Virus record (IMG/VR): IMGVR_UViG_3300005805_000489 | Span: 1 to 24,049 of that record | Strand: one strand, 5' to 3' | From: a virus | Taxonomy: Duplodnaviria > Caudoviricetes | Length of the DNA: 24,049 nucleotides | Shown: piece after piece, positions 1 through 9,113 of the stretch | Layout: each line of letters starts with the position of its first letter | Position numbering within the stretch: the first letter of the stretch is position 1 | Position numbers and translations under genes: made by a program | Notes under the pieces: generated by a model | What the model was told of the DNA's origin: nothing | Database searches by the model: none | The model's input: the letters and a program-made list of their open reading frames with translations, nothing else

Positions 1-3000
1 AACGTCAATAATAACTTAGATGTTGACGGAGATGTAAACATTGACGGTGGCGATCTAACCGTTTCCACTGCCACATTTAATCTAGCAAATACAAACGCAA
101 CCACTGTAAATTTTGCTGGAGCAGCTACATTAGTTGACATTGGAGCTATTACAGGCACAACCAGTGTTAACAATGATTTAGACGTTGATGGTGACGTAAA
201 CATTGACGGTGGCGATCTAACTACTAATCAAGCAACATTTAATTTACTAGACACAAATGCAACAACGATAAATGCATTTGGTGCTGCAACTACAGGAAAT
301 TTTGGCTACGACGGAGTTGCTACTTCAACTACAAATTTAAGCACAGGAGCAGTAGCTGGTGGTAATACTAAAACAGTTAATATTGCCACCGGCGGCGATC
401 CTAGCAGTACAACAAACGTAAATTTAGGAAGTGCCAATGGAGGTACAACTACAGTTAATAGCGGTACACTTGCTGGAGCAAGTGCTACACAAAATGTATT
501 CAACGCAACTGCAACAACAGTAAATGCGTTCGGTGCAGCAACAGCATTAAATCTTGGAGCTAATACAGGCACCGCAACTATTAAAAATCCCACAGTGGTA
601 GGCACAGAAACCACAGTAAATTTGTGGAACACTACAACAACCACAGTTAATTTCGCAGGAGCTGCTACAGATGTACAAATTGGAGCAGCCACCGGCACTA
701 CTGAAATCAATAACAATCTTAATGTTGTTGGGGATGTGGATATTGATGGTGGAGATTTAACAGTTTCAACAGCGTCATTTAACCTAGTTAATACAAACGC
801 TACAACTGTTAACTTTGCTGGTGCTGCCACAACATTAGAAATAGGTGCTGCTACAGGCACTACTAATATCAATAATGATCTTGTAGTCGACGGCGATGTT
901 CAAATTAAGGGTGGAGATTTAACTACTAATCAAACAACTTTCAGTCTATTAAATGGAACTGCTACAACAATTAATTTTGGTGGAGCAGCAACAGATATCC
1001 AAATTGGTACTAATACTGGTACAACAAATATCAATCATAATTTAGACGTAGACGGTGATATTAATATTGACGGCGGCGACTTAACAGCTTCTGGTTCAAA
1101 TTTTAATTTAGTAAACACAACTGTTACAACTCTTAATGTGGGTGGAGCAGCAACTACTCTAAGCATTGGTGCTGCAACTGGAACAGCAACAATTAATAAT
1201 GCAACTACTGTAGTCACAGGTGACTTGGAAGTTAATGGTGGCGACTTAACTACATCAGCAGCTACATTTAATCTAGTTAACACAAATGCCACTACTGTAA
1301 ATTTTGCAGGAGCTGGCACTGTTGTTGAAATTGGTGCTGCTACAGGTACAACTAGTGTTAATAATTCTTTAACTGTTGACGGTGACACTACATTAGGTAA
1401 TGCCAGTGGAGACAAAGTTACCTATAATGCAAGTACAGCAGAAACACCTAATACATTAACTTTTGCTATAGATGACGCAGTAACAAATAACGTAAGTTAT
1501 CCAATTAAAGTCCGTCATACTACAACAGGAACTGCTGCCACCGGTATCGGATCTGGTGTTCAATTTATTGCTGAAAACGCTGCGGGTACTAGTAAGATTG
1601 GTATGTCGCTAGAAACTATTACAACAGATGCTACAGATACATCAGAAGATTTTGATTTTGTTGTAAAGTTAATGGATGCAGGTGCTGCCGCAGCAGAAAG
1701 ATTCAGAGTAGCTAGTACAGGAAATATTACTACTCCTGGTGATCTTGCCGTAAATGGTGGTGACATTACTACAACCGCAGCAACATTTAATTTAATTAAT
1801 ACAAATGCAACCACTGTGAATTTTGCTGGTGCGGCAACTACATTAGAGATTGGTGCTGCTACTGGTACAACAAATATCAACAATGATTTAGTAGTCGACG
1901 GTGATGTGCAGATTAAAGGCGGCGATTTAACAACTAATCAAACTACATTTAATATCTTAAATGCTACCGCTACTACAGTAAATTTCGCTGGTGCAGGAAC
2001 CACAGTTAATGTAGGTAACAATTCAGCTGCACAGACTGTCAGTATAGGCAACTCCAGTACAGATACTTCAACATATAATTTTGGAGGGGGCGTTACTGCT
2101 GCGGCAAAAACAAAAACAGTTAACATTGGTCGTAATGGTGATACTAGTTCAACTACTAATGTTAACATTGGTAGCACAAATGGAGGTACAACCACAATAG
2201 GTAGCGGAACTGTAGTTGGGGAATCTGCCACCCAAAACTTATTCAACACTACTGCAACTACAATTAATTTTGGTGCTGCTGCTACCACAATGGATATTGG
2301 TTCAACAGGTGCAACCGCAATAATTAATTTGAACTCAACAAAAGATAGCACTAGTTCAACAACTGGAGGCGTAGTTATAGATGGTGGCCTTGGTGTTGCT
2401 AAAAATGCCTACGTTGGTGCTACCCTAGCAAGAAGTGGCAACATTAGTGCAAGTTCATGGACCACAAGTGGTATAAGTTTTGCAGACATAGCCTCAACAT
2501 TTACAGATACTTCAACACTAGGTGGTAATACTGTTGCTAACCGTGTTTCACATAGTATAGGCGTACCAACATTTGCTAGCTCTAATGCAATCACAGTTAC
2601 AAATGCCAGCACAGTTTACATTGCTGATGCACCATCGGCAGGTTCTGGCACAACTATTACCAATGCTTACGCACTTAATGTTGCCAGCGGTAATGTGTTA
2701 TTTGGTGGAGATCTAGCAGTTAATGGAGGTGACCTAACTACATCAGCAGCAACATTTAATTTATTAAATGCTAATGCTACAACTGTTAACTTTGCTGGAG
2801 CAGCAACTACCTTAGAGATAGGAGCTGCCACTGGTACAACAAATATTAATAATAATTTAGACGTTGATGGTGACGTCAACATCGACGGTGGTGACCTAAC
2901 AGTATCTACCGCTACATTCAATTTAGCTAATACTAATGCTACTACTTTAAACATTGGTGGTGCTGCAACCACAGTAAGCCTTGGAGCAGCAACTGGTACA

Positions 3001-3780
3001 ACTACAATTAATAACGCCAATACTGTAGTAACTGGTGACCTTGCAGTTAATGGTGGTGATCTAACAACATCAGCTACAACATTTAACTTGTTAAATGCTA
3101 CAGCTACCACAGTTAATTTTGGTGGTGCTGCTACTACAATGGACATTGGTTCAACTGGAGCCACAGCAGTTATTAATCTTAATTCAACTAAAGACAGTAC
3201 CAGTGCAACCACCGGTGGCGTGGTCATAGATGGCGGCCTTGGCGTTGCTAAAAATGCTTACATTGGCGGCAGTTTGGCACGAACTGGAGCAATATCTGCT
3301 ACTAGCTGGGGTACAACTGGTATTAGTGTTGCCGACGTTGCATCAACATTTACTGATACTTCATCAAGTGCAAGTACAACTATTCCTGTAAGGGTATCAC
3401 ATAGCGTAGGTCAACCAACTTTTGCCAGCTCAAATGCAATTACAGTTACTGACGCAGCTAGTCTTTACATAGCTAATGCTCCTGCTGCAGGATCAAACAC
3501 AACAATTTCAAATGCTTATGCTGTATATGTAGCTGGTGGTAACACTTTACTTGCTGGCGACCTAGCAGTAAACGGTGGCGATATTACTACATCAGTAGCA
3601 ACATTTAACTTGTTAAATTCTACAGCTACCACAGTTAATTTCGCAGGAGCTGGAACAACTATTGGTGTTGGAGCTACAAGCGGCACACTAACACTAAACA
3701 ACCCTACTGTGGTAGGCAGTCAAACTACTGTTAACTTATGGAACACTACAAGTACCACAGTAAATGCATTTGGTGCAGCT
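1..3780 (+). repeat. ~162-bp (54-aa) coding repeat family NINNxLxVDGDVxIxGGDLTxxxxTFNLxNxxATTVNFxGAATTxxIGAATGTT
   Basis: Copies begin near 1, 163, 703, 865, 1027, 1190, 1730, 1873, 2700, 2842, 3005 and 3550; adjacent copies are about 162 bp apart, with synonymous divergence. Confidence 0.9.
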
Positions 3781-6363
3781 ACTACTATTGATATTGGTTC
3801 AAGCGGTGCTACAGCAGTATTAAATTTAAATTCAACTAAAGACAGTACCAGTGCAACTACCGGTGGTGTGGTTGTAGATGGTGGCCTGGGAGTAGCAAAA
3901 AATGCCTACGTAGGTGGAAACCTTGTAAGAGTTGGATCAATTAGTGCTAGTGGCTGGACTACAAGTGGTATTGCTGTTAATTCAGCAGCAGGTACTTATA
4001 CTGATACATCAACAGGTGGTGGAGGCACTGTTGCAACTAGAGTAGCTAACAGTTTCTTAACACCAACATTTGCCAGTACTAACGCTATAACTGTTACAAC
4101 AGCAGCTAACCTTTATATTGATGCTGCTCCTAGTGCAGGTACAAATACCACAATATCAAATGCATTTGCATTATATAGTGCAGCTGGTGCAAACTATTTT
4201 GGTGGTGCAATTACAGCTAACAGTACCTTAGCAGTTAACGGCAATACTACACTAGGTGACGGTGCCGGTGATACTCTGACAATTAACGGTACTGCGGTTA
4301 GTATACCAAATAACTTAAACTTTGACAGCAACACATTCTTTATTGATGCTACTAACAACAGAGTTGGTGTAAATCAAAATTCACCAAGTGTAAGTTTCCA
4401 TAACACTGGTGCAGCTATTATTTCAAACAATACAGCCATAGATCCAGACAGTTATTCAAACTCTGTAATCGCTGGAGCTATTGCTGACGGTAGTGGATGG
4501 GGTGTAACATCAGCTATTGGTGGTAACGCAGGCACAGGCGATTCATGGGCAATTGGCCATAACGGAAATTGGTTATACTATGCGGTAGGAAATGCAAGTG
4601 CCAACGACTCATTTAGTACATACCTTCAAGTTGGTGGTTCGGGTCGTAGTGTATTCCTAGCTCCTAGCACTTCAGCATGGAATGTGGGTATTGGTTATAC
4701 TGATAGTGCTACTTTAGGAGCAAAATTAGATATTACAGCAAACACACCTGCATCAGATACTGCGGTACGTGTTAAGAGTAATATGAGTTTCCTATCCCCA
4801 GACGGCTTAAACACTATACGTATGCGTATGCTAAACACAGACGTACTGTCAATTTCTGGAGATTCAGGACAGCTATTCAGTATCAGTGATAGTTTAACAG
4901 GCACAATCTTTGCGGTCAATGATATTTCAGGTGTGCCAAGTATTGAGGTTTTCGATACTGGGCGAGTACAAATTGCAGAATTTACAGGCAACGTATTAGT
5001 AGGCACAAGCACAGACGGCGGCCAGAAATTCCAAGTTGTTGGTAGCACAAGAATTACTGGAGCTACAACATTAACAGCAGGAACAGCAAGTTCATCAACA
5101 ACCACTGGTACTTTAGTTGTAACAGGGGGCGTTGGAGTTAGTGGTAACATATATGCTGGTGGTATTGGTTCATTCGCAGCAGGAACAGCAAGTTCATCTA
5201 CTACAACAGGCACACTGTTAGTTACAGGTGGTGCTGGTATTAGTGGTAACATATATGCTGGTGGTATTGGTTCATTTGCAGCAGGAACAGCTAGTTCATC
5301 TACTTCAACTGGTACTCTACTTGTTTCAGGCGGTGCAGGCATAAGCGGTGCTGTGTATGCTGGTAGTTTTCAGGGACCGATTGGTAATGCCACAGCAAGT
5401 TCTGGTGCATTTACTAGTTTAACAGCCAATGGTGCAGTTACATTTACTCAAAACACAGCATCATCAAGCACCTCAACGGGTACATTAGTTGTAACAGGTG
5501 GTGTTGGAGTTAGTGGAGCAATCTATGCAGGCAGTATTCAAAATACTCCGATAGGCAGTTCTACTGCTAACTCAGGTGCATTTACTAGTTTAACAGCCAA
5601 TGGTGCAGTTACATTTACTCAAAATACAGCGTCTACAAGTACAACTACTGGTACTTTAGTTGTAACAGGCGGCATAGGTGCAAGCGGCCGTATTAATGCT
5701 ACAGACTTTACAGGCACAGTTGGTGCAAATACAAGAAGCAGTGGAGCATTCACTACGCTGACAGCTAATAATGCAGTGACATTTACTCAAAATACTGGTA
5801 GCACTAGCACAACAACAGGTACATTAATAGTTACAGGTGGGGTTGGTATCAGTGAAAGATTGTATGCAGCTAATATTGAAAACACACCAATTGGAGCTAA
5901 CACACGTAGCACAGGTGCTTTCACTACTCTAGCAGCTAATGGTGCTGTAACAATGACAGCAGGTACAGCTAGTACATCAACTAGCACTGGTACTCTAGTA
6001 GTAACAGGTGGTGTTGGTATCAGTGGTGCTTTGTATGCAACAACTAAGAGCTTTGATATTGCTCACCCAATGAAGCCCGGCCTGCGTCTAAGACACGGTA
6101 GCTTAGAAGGTCCAGAGTTTGGTGTTTATGTAAGAGGACATCTACGTGATTCGCATGTAATTGAACTACCAGATTACTGGCCAGGATTAGTAGATCCAGA
6201 ATCTATCACAGTGCATGTAACACCCAGAGGTCGACCACAAGATATTTTTGTAAAATATATTGCAAATAATCGTGTACACCTAGCAGGCGATGATATTGAT
6301 TGCTACTACACTGTTTATGCAGAAAGAAAAGATATTAATAAACTAGAGGTTGAGGGCGAGTAA
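1..6363 (+). CDS. Giant repeat-rich tail fibre / adhesin-like virion protein (5'-truncated, at least 2120 aa)
   Basis: Frame 1 is open from base 1 (NVNNNLDVDGDVNIDGGDLT...) and continuous with the 595..6363 ORF, so the GTG at 595 is not the true start. T/G/A/N/V-rich with three repeat families, fibre-type VG(V/I)(N/G) motifs, and a C-terminal KSFDIAHP...HGSLEGPE...IELPDYW...AERKD domain typical of large-phage fibre ends. Confidence 0.8.
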   Translation, partial: NVNNNLDVDGDVNIDGGDLTVSTATFNLANTNATTVNFAGAATLVDIGAITGTTSVNNDLDVDGDVNIDGGDLTTNQATFNLLDTNATTINAFGAATTGNFGYDGVATSTTNLSTGAVAGGNTKTVNIATGGDPSSTTNVNLGSANGGTTTVNSGTLAGASATQNVFNATATTVNAFGAATALNLGANTGTATIKNPTVVGTETTVNLWNTTTTTVNFAGAATDVQIGAATGTTEINNNLNVVGDVDIDGGDLTVSTASFNLVNTNATTVNFAGAATTLEIGAATGTTNINNDLVVDGDVQIKGGDLTTNQTTFSLLNGTATTINFGGAATDIQIGTNTGTTNINHNLDVDGDINIDGGDLTASGSNFNLVNTTVTTLNVGGAATTLSIGAATGTATINNATTVVTGDLEVNGGDLTTSAATFNLVNTNATTVNFAGAGTVVEIGAATGTTSVNNSLTVDGDTTLGNASGDKVTYNASTAETPNTLTFAIDDAVTNNVSYPIKVRHTTTGTAATGIGSGVQFIAENAAGTSKIGMSLETITTDATDTSEDFDFVVKLMDAGAAAAERFRVASTGNITTPGDLAVNGGDITTTAATFNLINTNATTVNFAGAATTLEIGAATGTTNINNDLVVDGDVQIKGGDLTTNQTTFNILNATATTVNFAGAGTTVNVGNNSAAQTVSIGNSSTDTSTYNFGGGVTAAAKTKTVNIGRNGDTSSTTNVNIGSTNGGTTTIGSGTVVGESATQNLFNTTATTINFGAAATTMDIGSTGATAIINLNSTKDSTSSTTGGVVIDGGLGVAKNAYVGATLARSGNISASSWTTSGISFADIASTFTDTSTLGGNTVANRVSHSIGVPTFASSNAITVTNASTVYIADAPSAGSGTTITNAYALNVASGNVLFGGDLAVNGGDLTTSAATFNLLNANATTVNFAGAATTLEIGAATGTTNINNNLDVDGDVNIDGGDLTVSTATFNLANTNATTLNIGGAATTVSLGAATGTTTINNANTVVTGDLAVNGGDLTTSATTFNLLNATATTVNFGGAATTMDIGSTGATAVINLNSTKDSTSATTGGVVIDGGLGVAKNAYIGGSLARTGAISATSWGTTGISVADVASTFTDTSSSASTTIPVRVSHSVGQPTFASSNAITVTDAASLYIANAPAAGSNTTISNAYAVYVAGGNTLLAGDLAVNGGDITTSVATFNLLNSTATTVNFAGAGTTIGVGATSGTLTLNNPTVVGSQTTVNLWNTTSTTVNAFGAATTIDIGSSGATAVLNLNSTKDSTSATTGGVVVDGGLGVAKNAYVGGNLVRVGSISASGWTTSGIAVNSAAGTYTDTSTGGGGTVATRVANSFLTPTFASTNAITVTTAANLYIDAAPSAGTNTTISNAFALYSAAGANYFGGAITANSTLAVNGNTTLGDGAGDTLTINGTAVSIPNNLNFDSNTFFIDATNNRVGVNQNSPSVSFHNTGAAIISNNTAIDPDSYSNSVIAGAIADGSGWGVTSAIGGNAGTGDSWAIGHNGNWLYYAVGNASANDSFSTYLQVGGSGRSVFLAPSTSAWNVGIGYTDSATLGAKLDITANTPASDTAVRVKSNMSFLSPDGLNTIRMRMLNTDVLSISGDSGQLFSISDSLTGTIFAVNDISGVPSIEVFDTGRVQIAEFTGNVLVGTSTDGGQKFQVVGSTRITGATTLTAGTASSSTTTGTLVVTGGVGVSGNIYAGGIGSFAAGTASSSTTTGTLLVTGGAGISGNIYAGGIGSFAAGTASSSTSTGTLLVSGGAGISGAVYAGSFQGPIGNATASSGAFTSLTANGAVTFTQNTASSSTSTGTLVVTGGVGVSGAIYAGSIQNTPIGSSTANSGAFTSLTANGAVTFTQNTASTSTTTGTLVVTGGIGASGRINATDFTGTVGANTRSSGAFTTLTANNAVTFTQNTGSTSTTTGTLIVTGGVGISERLYAANIENTPIGANTRSTGAFTTLAANGAVTMTAGTASTSTSTGTLVVTGGVGISGALYATTKSFDIAHPMKPGLRLRHGSLEGPEFGVYVRGHLRDSHVIELPDYWPGLVDPESITVHVTPRGRPQDIFVKYIANNRVHLAGDDIDCYYTVYAERKDINKLEVEGE
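2250..4175 (+). repeat. Three copies of a ~140-aa coding module (INLNSTKDSTSxTTGGVVxDGGLGVAKNAYxG...PTFASxNAITVT...APxAGxxTTIxNAYAL)
   Basis: Copies at about 2250-2675, 3095-3520 and 3755-4175, interleaved with the 54-aa repeats. Confidence 0.85.
5075..6040 (+). repeat. Coding repeat TxSxSTxTGTLxVxGGxGxSG (7 copies; 34-aa then ~57-aa period)
   Basis: An exact 37-nt duplicate at 5138-5174/5240-5276 (102-bp period) and an exact 50-nt duplicate at 5404-5453/5575-5624 (171-bp period). Confidence 0.9.
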
Positions 6364-7067
6364 TGGGAATAGTCTATAATACCAGTGTAGTTAGAACAGG
6401 TATGCAACTGTGGCTTGATGCTGCTAATACAAAATCATATCCTGGTAGCGGAACTACTTGGACTGATTTAAGTGGTAATAGTAATACCTGCACCTTAGTA
6501 AGTGGTGCTTCATATCTAAGTGCTAATAATGGCAGTATATTTTTTGACGGAGCAGATGACAGAATAGCAGGGCCTAATAGTGCAAATTTAATGGTTACTA
6601 CTAATTTTACATTAGATGTCTGGGTAAAACGTACAGCAACACAAGGTACTGAACAGGTATTAATGGCCAAGAATGGTGAAGTTAGTCCTTGGGTAGGTTA
6701 TGAACTAATGTTTGGCAGCGATAATAATGTACATTTATGGACTAGTGGCGGAGCAGGAAATGGTTGGAATAGCTTTATATATCCTATTACTGACCAAAAT
6801 TGGAACAATATCACTGTAACATTTAGCGGAACTGCTGGCAGCACAGGAACAGCATTGTTATATGTAAATGGTACACAACAAGCCACAATGTCTGGCAAAA
6901 TAACACCGGGCTCGCCTAGTTTAAGAATTTTTGAAATGGGTTGTATAAGAGCAAGTAGTAGATTTCTGTCAGGATCAATTTCATCTGCTAGAGTTTATGA
7001 CATTACACTTACAGCTAGTCAAGTGTTACAAAATTTTAATGCTCTACGAGGAAGGTATGGTGTATAA
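6363..7067 (+). CDS. LamG/concanavalin-A-like lectin-fold protein, array member 1 (234 aa)
   Basis: LDAANTKSYPGSGTTWTDLSG start, FTLDVWVK, WNNITVTF, LYVNG, ARVYDITLTASQVLQNFNALRGRYGV end; TAATG overlap with the fibre gene. Confidence 0.8.
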   Translation: MGIVYNTSVVRTGMQLWLDAANTKSYPGSGTTWTDLSGNSNTCTLVSGASYLSANNGSIFFDGADDRIAGPNSANLMVTTNFTLDVWVKRTATQGTEQVLMAKNGEVSPWVGYELMFGSDNNVHLWTSGGAGNGWNSFIYPITDQNWNNITVTFSGTAGSTGTALLYVNGTQQATMSGKITPGSPSLRIFEMGCIRASSRFLSGSISSARVYDITLTASQVLQNFNALRGRYGV

Positions 7068-7732
7068 TGGCTCTATCTCATAGTCCTTCAATAGTTAGAA
7101 GCGGTTTAGTTTTTTGGGTAGATGCTGGTAATACTAAATCATATCCAGGATCAGGTACAACTTGGACAGATTTAAGCGGCCAAGGTAACAATGGGACATT
7201 AACTAACGGTCCTACCTATACTAGCGGTGCTAATGGATATTTTGCGTTTGACAATGTAAATGATTATGTAACAGCCCCATCATCATCCTCTTATGCATTC
7301 GGCACAGGTGATTTTACATTAGAGGCTTGGATTTATCCAACTAGTTTTAGTGGATATACTCACTTAATTGCATTGCCTGATCAAAATACTTTCGGATTAA
7401 AGGCTAATACCGGTGACGGTGCATTATATTTTTATAGTTCTTCTTTTAATAACTACCCTACAACAGGTTGGACATTAACACTTAACCAATGGAACCATGT
7501 AGTTTTTACTAGATCATCAAGTGTTGCATATCCTTATCTAAATGGTATAGGATATGCTTCTAAATCAGGTTTTACAAATAATTTTTCTGCCCAGGTATTA
7601 AACATACACAATGGTTTTGCTAGCGAATTTACGTCGTGCAGAATATCTGTTGTAAGAATTTATAATGTAGCTCTTACCGCTGCACAAGTTGCTCAAAATT
7701 TTGAAGCTTATCGTGGAAGGTATGGAATATAA
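7067..7732 (+). CDS. LamG/ConA-like protein, array member 2 (221 aa)
   Basis: DAGNTKSYPGSG, GTGDFTLEAWIYP, NQWNHVVFTR, YLNG, RIYNVALTAAQVAQNFEAYRGRYGI are classic Laminin_G_3-type motifs. Confidence 0.85.
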   Translation: MALSHSPSIVRSGLVFWVDAGNTKSYPGSGTTWTDLSGQGNNGTLTNGPTYTSGANGYFAFDNVNDYVTAPSSSSYAFGTGDFTLEAWIYPTSFSGYTHLIALPDQNTFGLKANTGDGALYFYSSSFNNYPTTGWTLTLNQWNHVVFTRSSSVAYPYLNGIGYASKSGFTNNFSAQVLNIHNGFASEFTSCRISVVRIYNVALTAAQVAQNFEAYRGRYGI

Positions 7733-8397
7733 TGGCTATCTACGCTGGACCAGAGATTTCTAATTCAGGATTAATTTTACATCTTGATGCTGCTAATACA
7801 AAATCATATCCGGGATCAGGTACATCTTGGACTGACTTAAGTGGCCAAGGTAACAATGGTACATTAGTAAATGGCCCTACTTTTTCAAGTAGTAACTTAG
7901 GTAGGCTTACTTTTGATGGAACCAATGATATTTGTACCACCTCAGCAGTTGTAGAAGCTGCAACTAACAGTAATTTACAAACTTTATCAGGTTGGATGGT
8001 AGGTGATGGAGCACTATTTGGTTCCAATGCTAGTTCTACAGGTCACTTTCATTTAAGAGCAAGTTTAAGCGGAACAACTTTAACATATAGAGTTTCATAC
8101 TTTGGAGGAGCTGCTGGCGAGACTGATGATACCGCTACAGTTACCCCACTGGCTGTAAACAACATTGTATTGGTCAAAACAGCAGCAGAAAAATATGATG
8201 TTTATTTTAATGCTTCTAAAGTTATGAATCAAGTAACAAAAAAAGCGTCAGTGAGTGTAAATTTTCATCCAGGTTTGTACTATACAGGTAGTTATAATGG
8301 TGGAACAGTTACTAATTATCTAATATATAATCGTGCCTTGTCGGCAACAGAAATAGCAAATAATTTTGAAGCTTATCGAGGAAGGTTCGGCATATAA
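7732..8397 (+). CDS. LamG/ConA-like protein, array member 3 (221 aa)
   Basis: Same terminal motifs (LDAANTKSYPGSG; IYNRALSATEIANNFEAYRGRFGI) with a divergent middle. Confidence 0.8.
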   Translation: MAIYAGPEISNSGLILHLDAANTKSYPGSGTSWTDLSGQGNNGTLVNGPTFSSSNLGRLTFDGTNDICTTSAVVEAATNSNLQTLSGWMVGDGALFGSNASSTGHFHLRASLSGTTLTYRVSYFGGAAGETDDTATVTPLAVNNIVLVKTAAEKYDVYFNASKVMNQVTKKASVSVNFHPGLYYTGSYNGGTVTNYLIYNRALSATEIANNFEAYRGRFGI

Positions 8398-9113
8398 TGT
8401 CTATATCTTATGGAACTAGTATTCCATTAGGCAACCTTGTTGTCTACTTAGATGCCAACAACACAAGATCGTGGCCAGGATCTGGCAGCATTGTCTACGA
8501 TGTCTCTGGACGTGGAAATCATTTTACCTACAAACAAGCTGGATCAACAACTAGTGTAAGTATCAGCGATTCATCATTCAGCTTTAATGGATCCAATCAA
8601 TACCTTGAAAGATTAGATGTTCTTACAGCTAGCAGTCCCTATACATTCATATCTCTTCTAAAACCAACTAATCTAAGTTCTTTAGAGAACTCATTTCCTA
8701 CCTATAATAATTATCATGAGACTGTTAATGCCTATGGTTTATGGCATCATTATAATTCTAGTGGAGCTTTACAGATAAGGCATTATCCTACAACGTCTGG
8801 AACCAGTGTTGATAATACTATTTTCCATAATGTCACGAACGGCTCGTGGGCATTAAGTGCTCAAACATGGGATGGCAGTACTTTTGTAACTTACAAGAAT
8901 GGTGTGCAGGTTTCATCATATGCTTTAACCACTGGATATAATGCTGGCGGCTCAAATAGAAATGGTAGAATAGGCATGTTGGCTAACAGAAATACTGCTA
9001 ATGATTATAATTATAATGGATTAATTAAGTTAAGTATGGTTTACCTTAGAGCATTATCTAGTGTTGAAATGCTACAGTTGTTTAATGCTATACGAGGAAG
9101 GGTTGGTCTATAA
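8397..9113 (+). CDS. LamG/ConA-like protein, array member 4 (238 aa)
   Basis: LDANNTRSWPGSG, TWDGSTFVTYKNG, VYLRALSSVEMLQLFNAIRGRVGL. Confidence 0.8.
   Translation: MSISYGTSIPLGNLVVYLDANNTRSWPGSGSIVYDVSGRGNHFTYKQAGSTTSVSISDSSFSFNGSNQYLERLDVLTASSPYTFISLLKPTNLSSLENSFPTYNNYHETVNAYGLWHHYNSSGALQIRHYPTTSGTSVDNTIFHNVTNGSWALSAQTWDGSTFVTYKNGVQVSSYALTTGYNAGGSNRNGRIGMLANRNTANDYNYNGLIKLSMVYLRALSSVEMLQLFNAIRGRVGL

Noticed and set aside
306-5987. Many minus-strand ORFs (61-215 aa) opposite the fibre gene
   Set aside because: Shadow ORFs: their V/P/A-rich repeats mirror the fibre's codons, they have no start signals, and the plus frame is continuous.
1-6040. CRISPR array or non-coding repeat
   Set aside because: The repeats are in-frame, vary at synonymous sites and lack a repeat-spacer structure.
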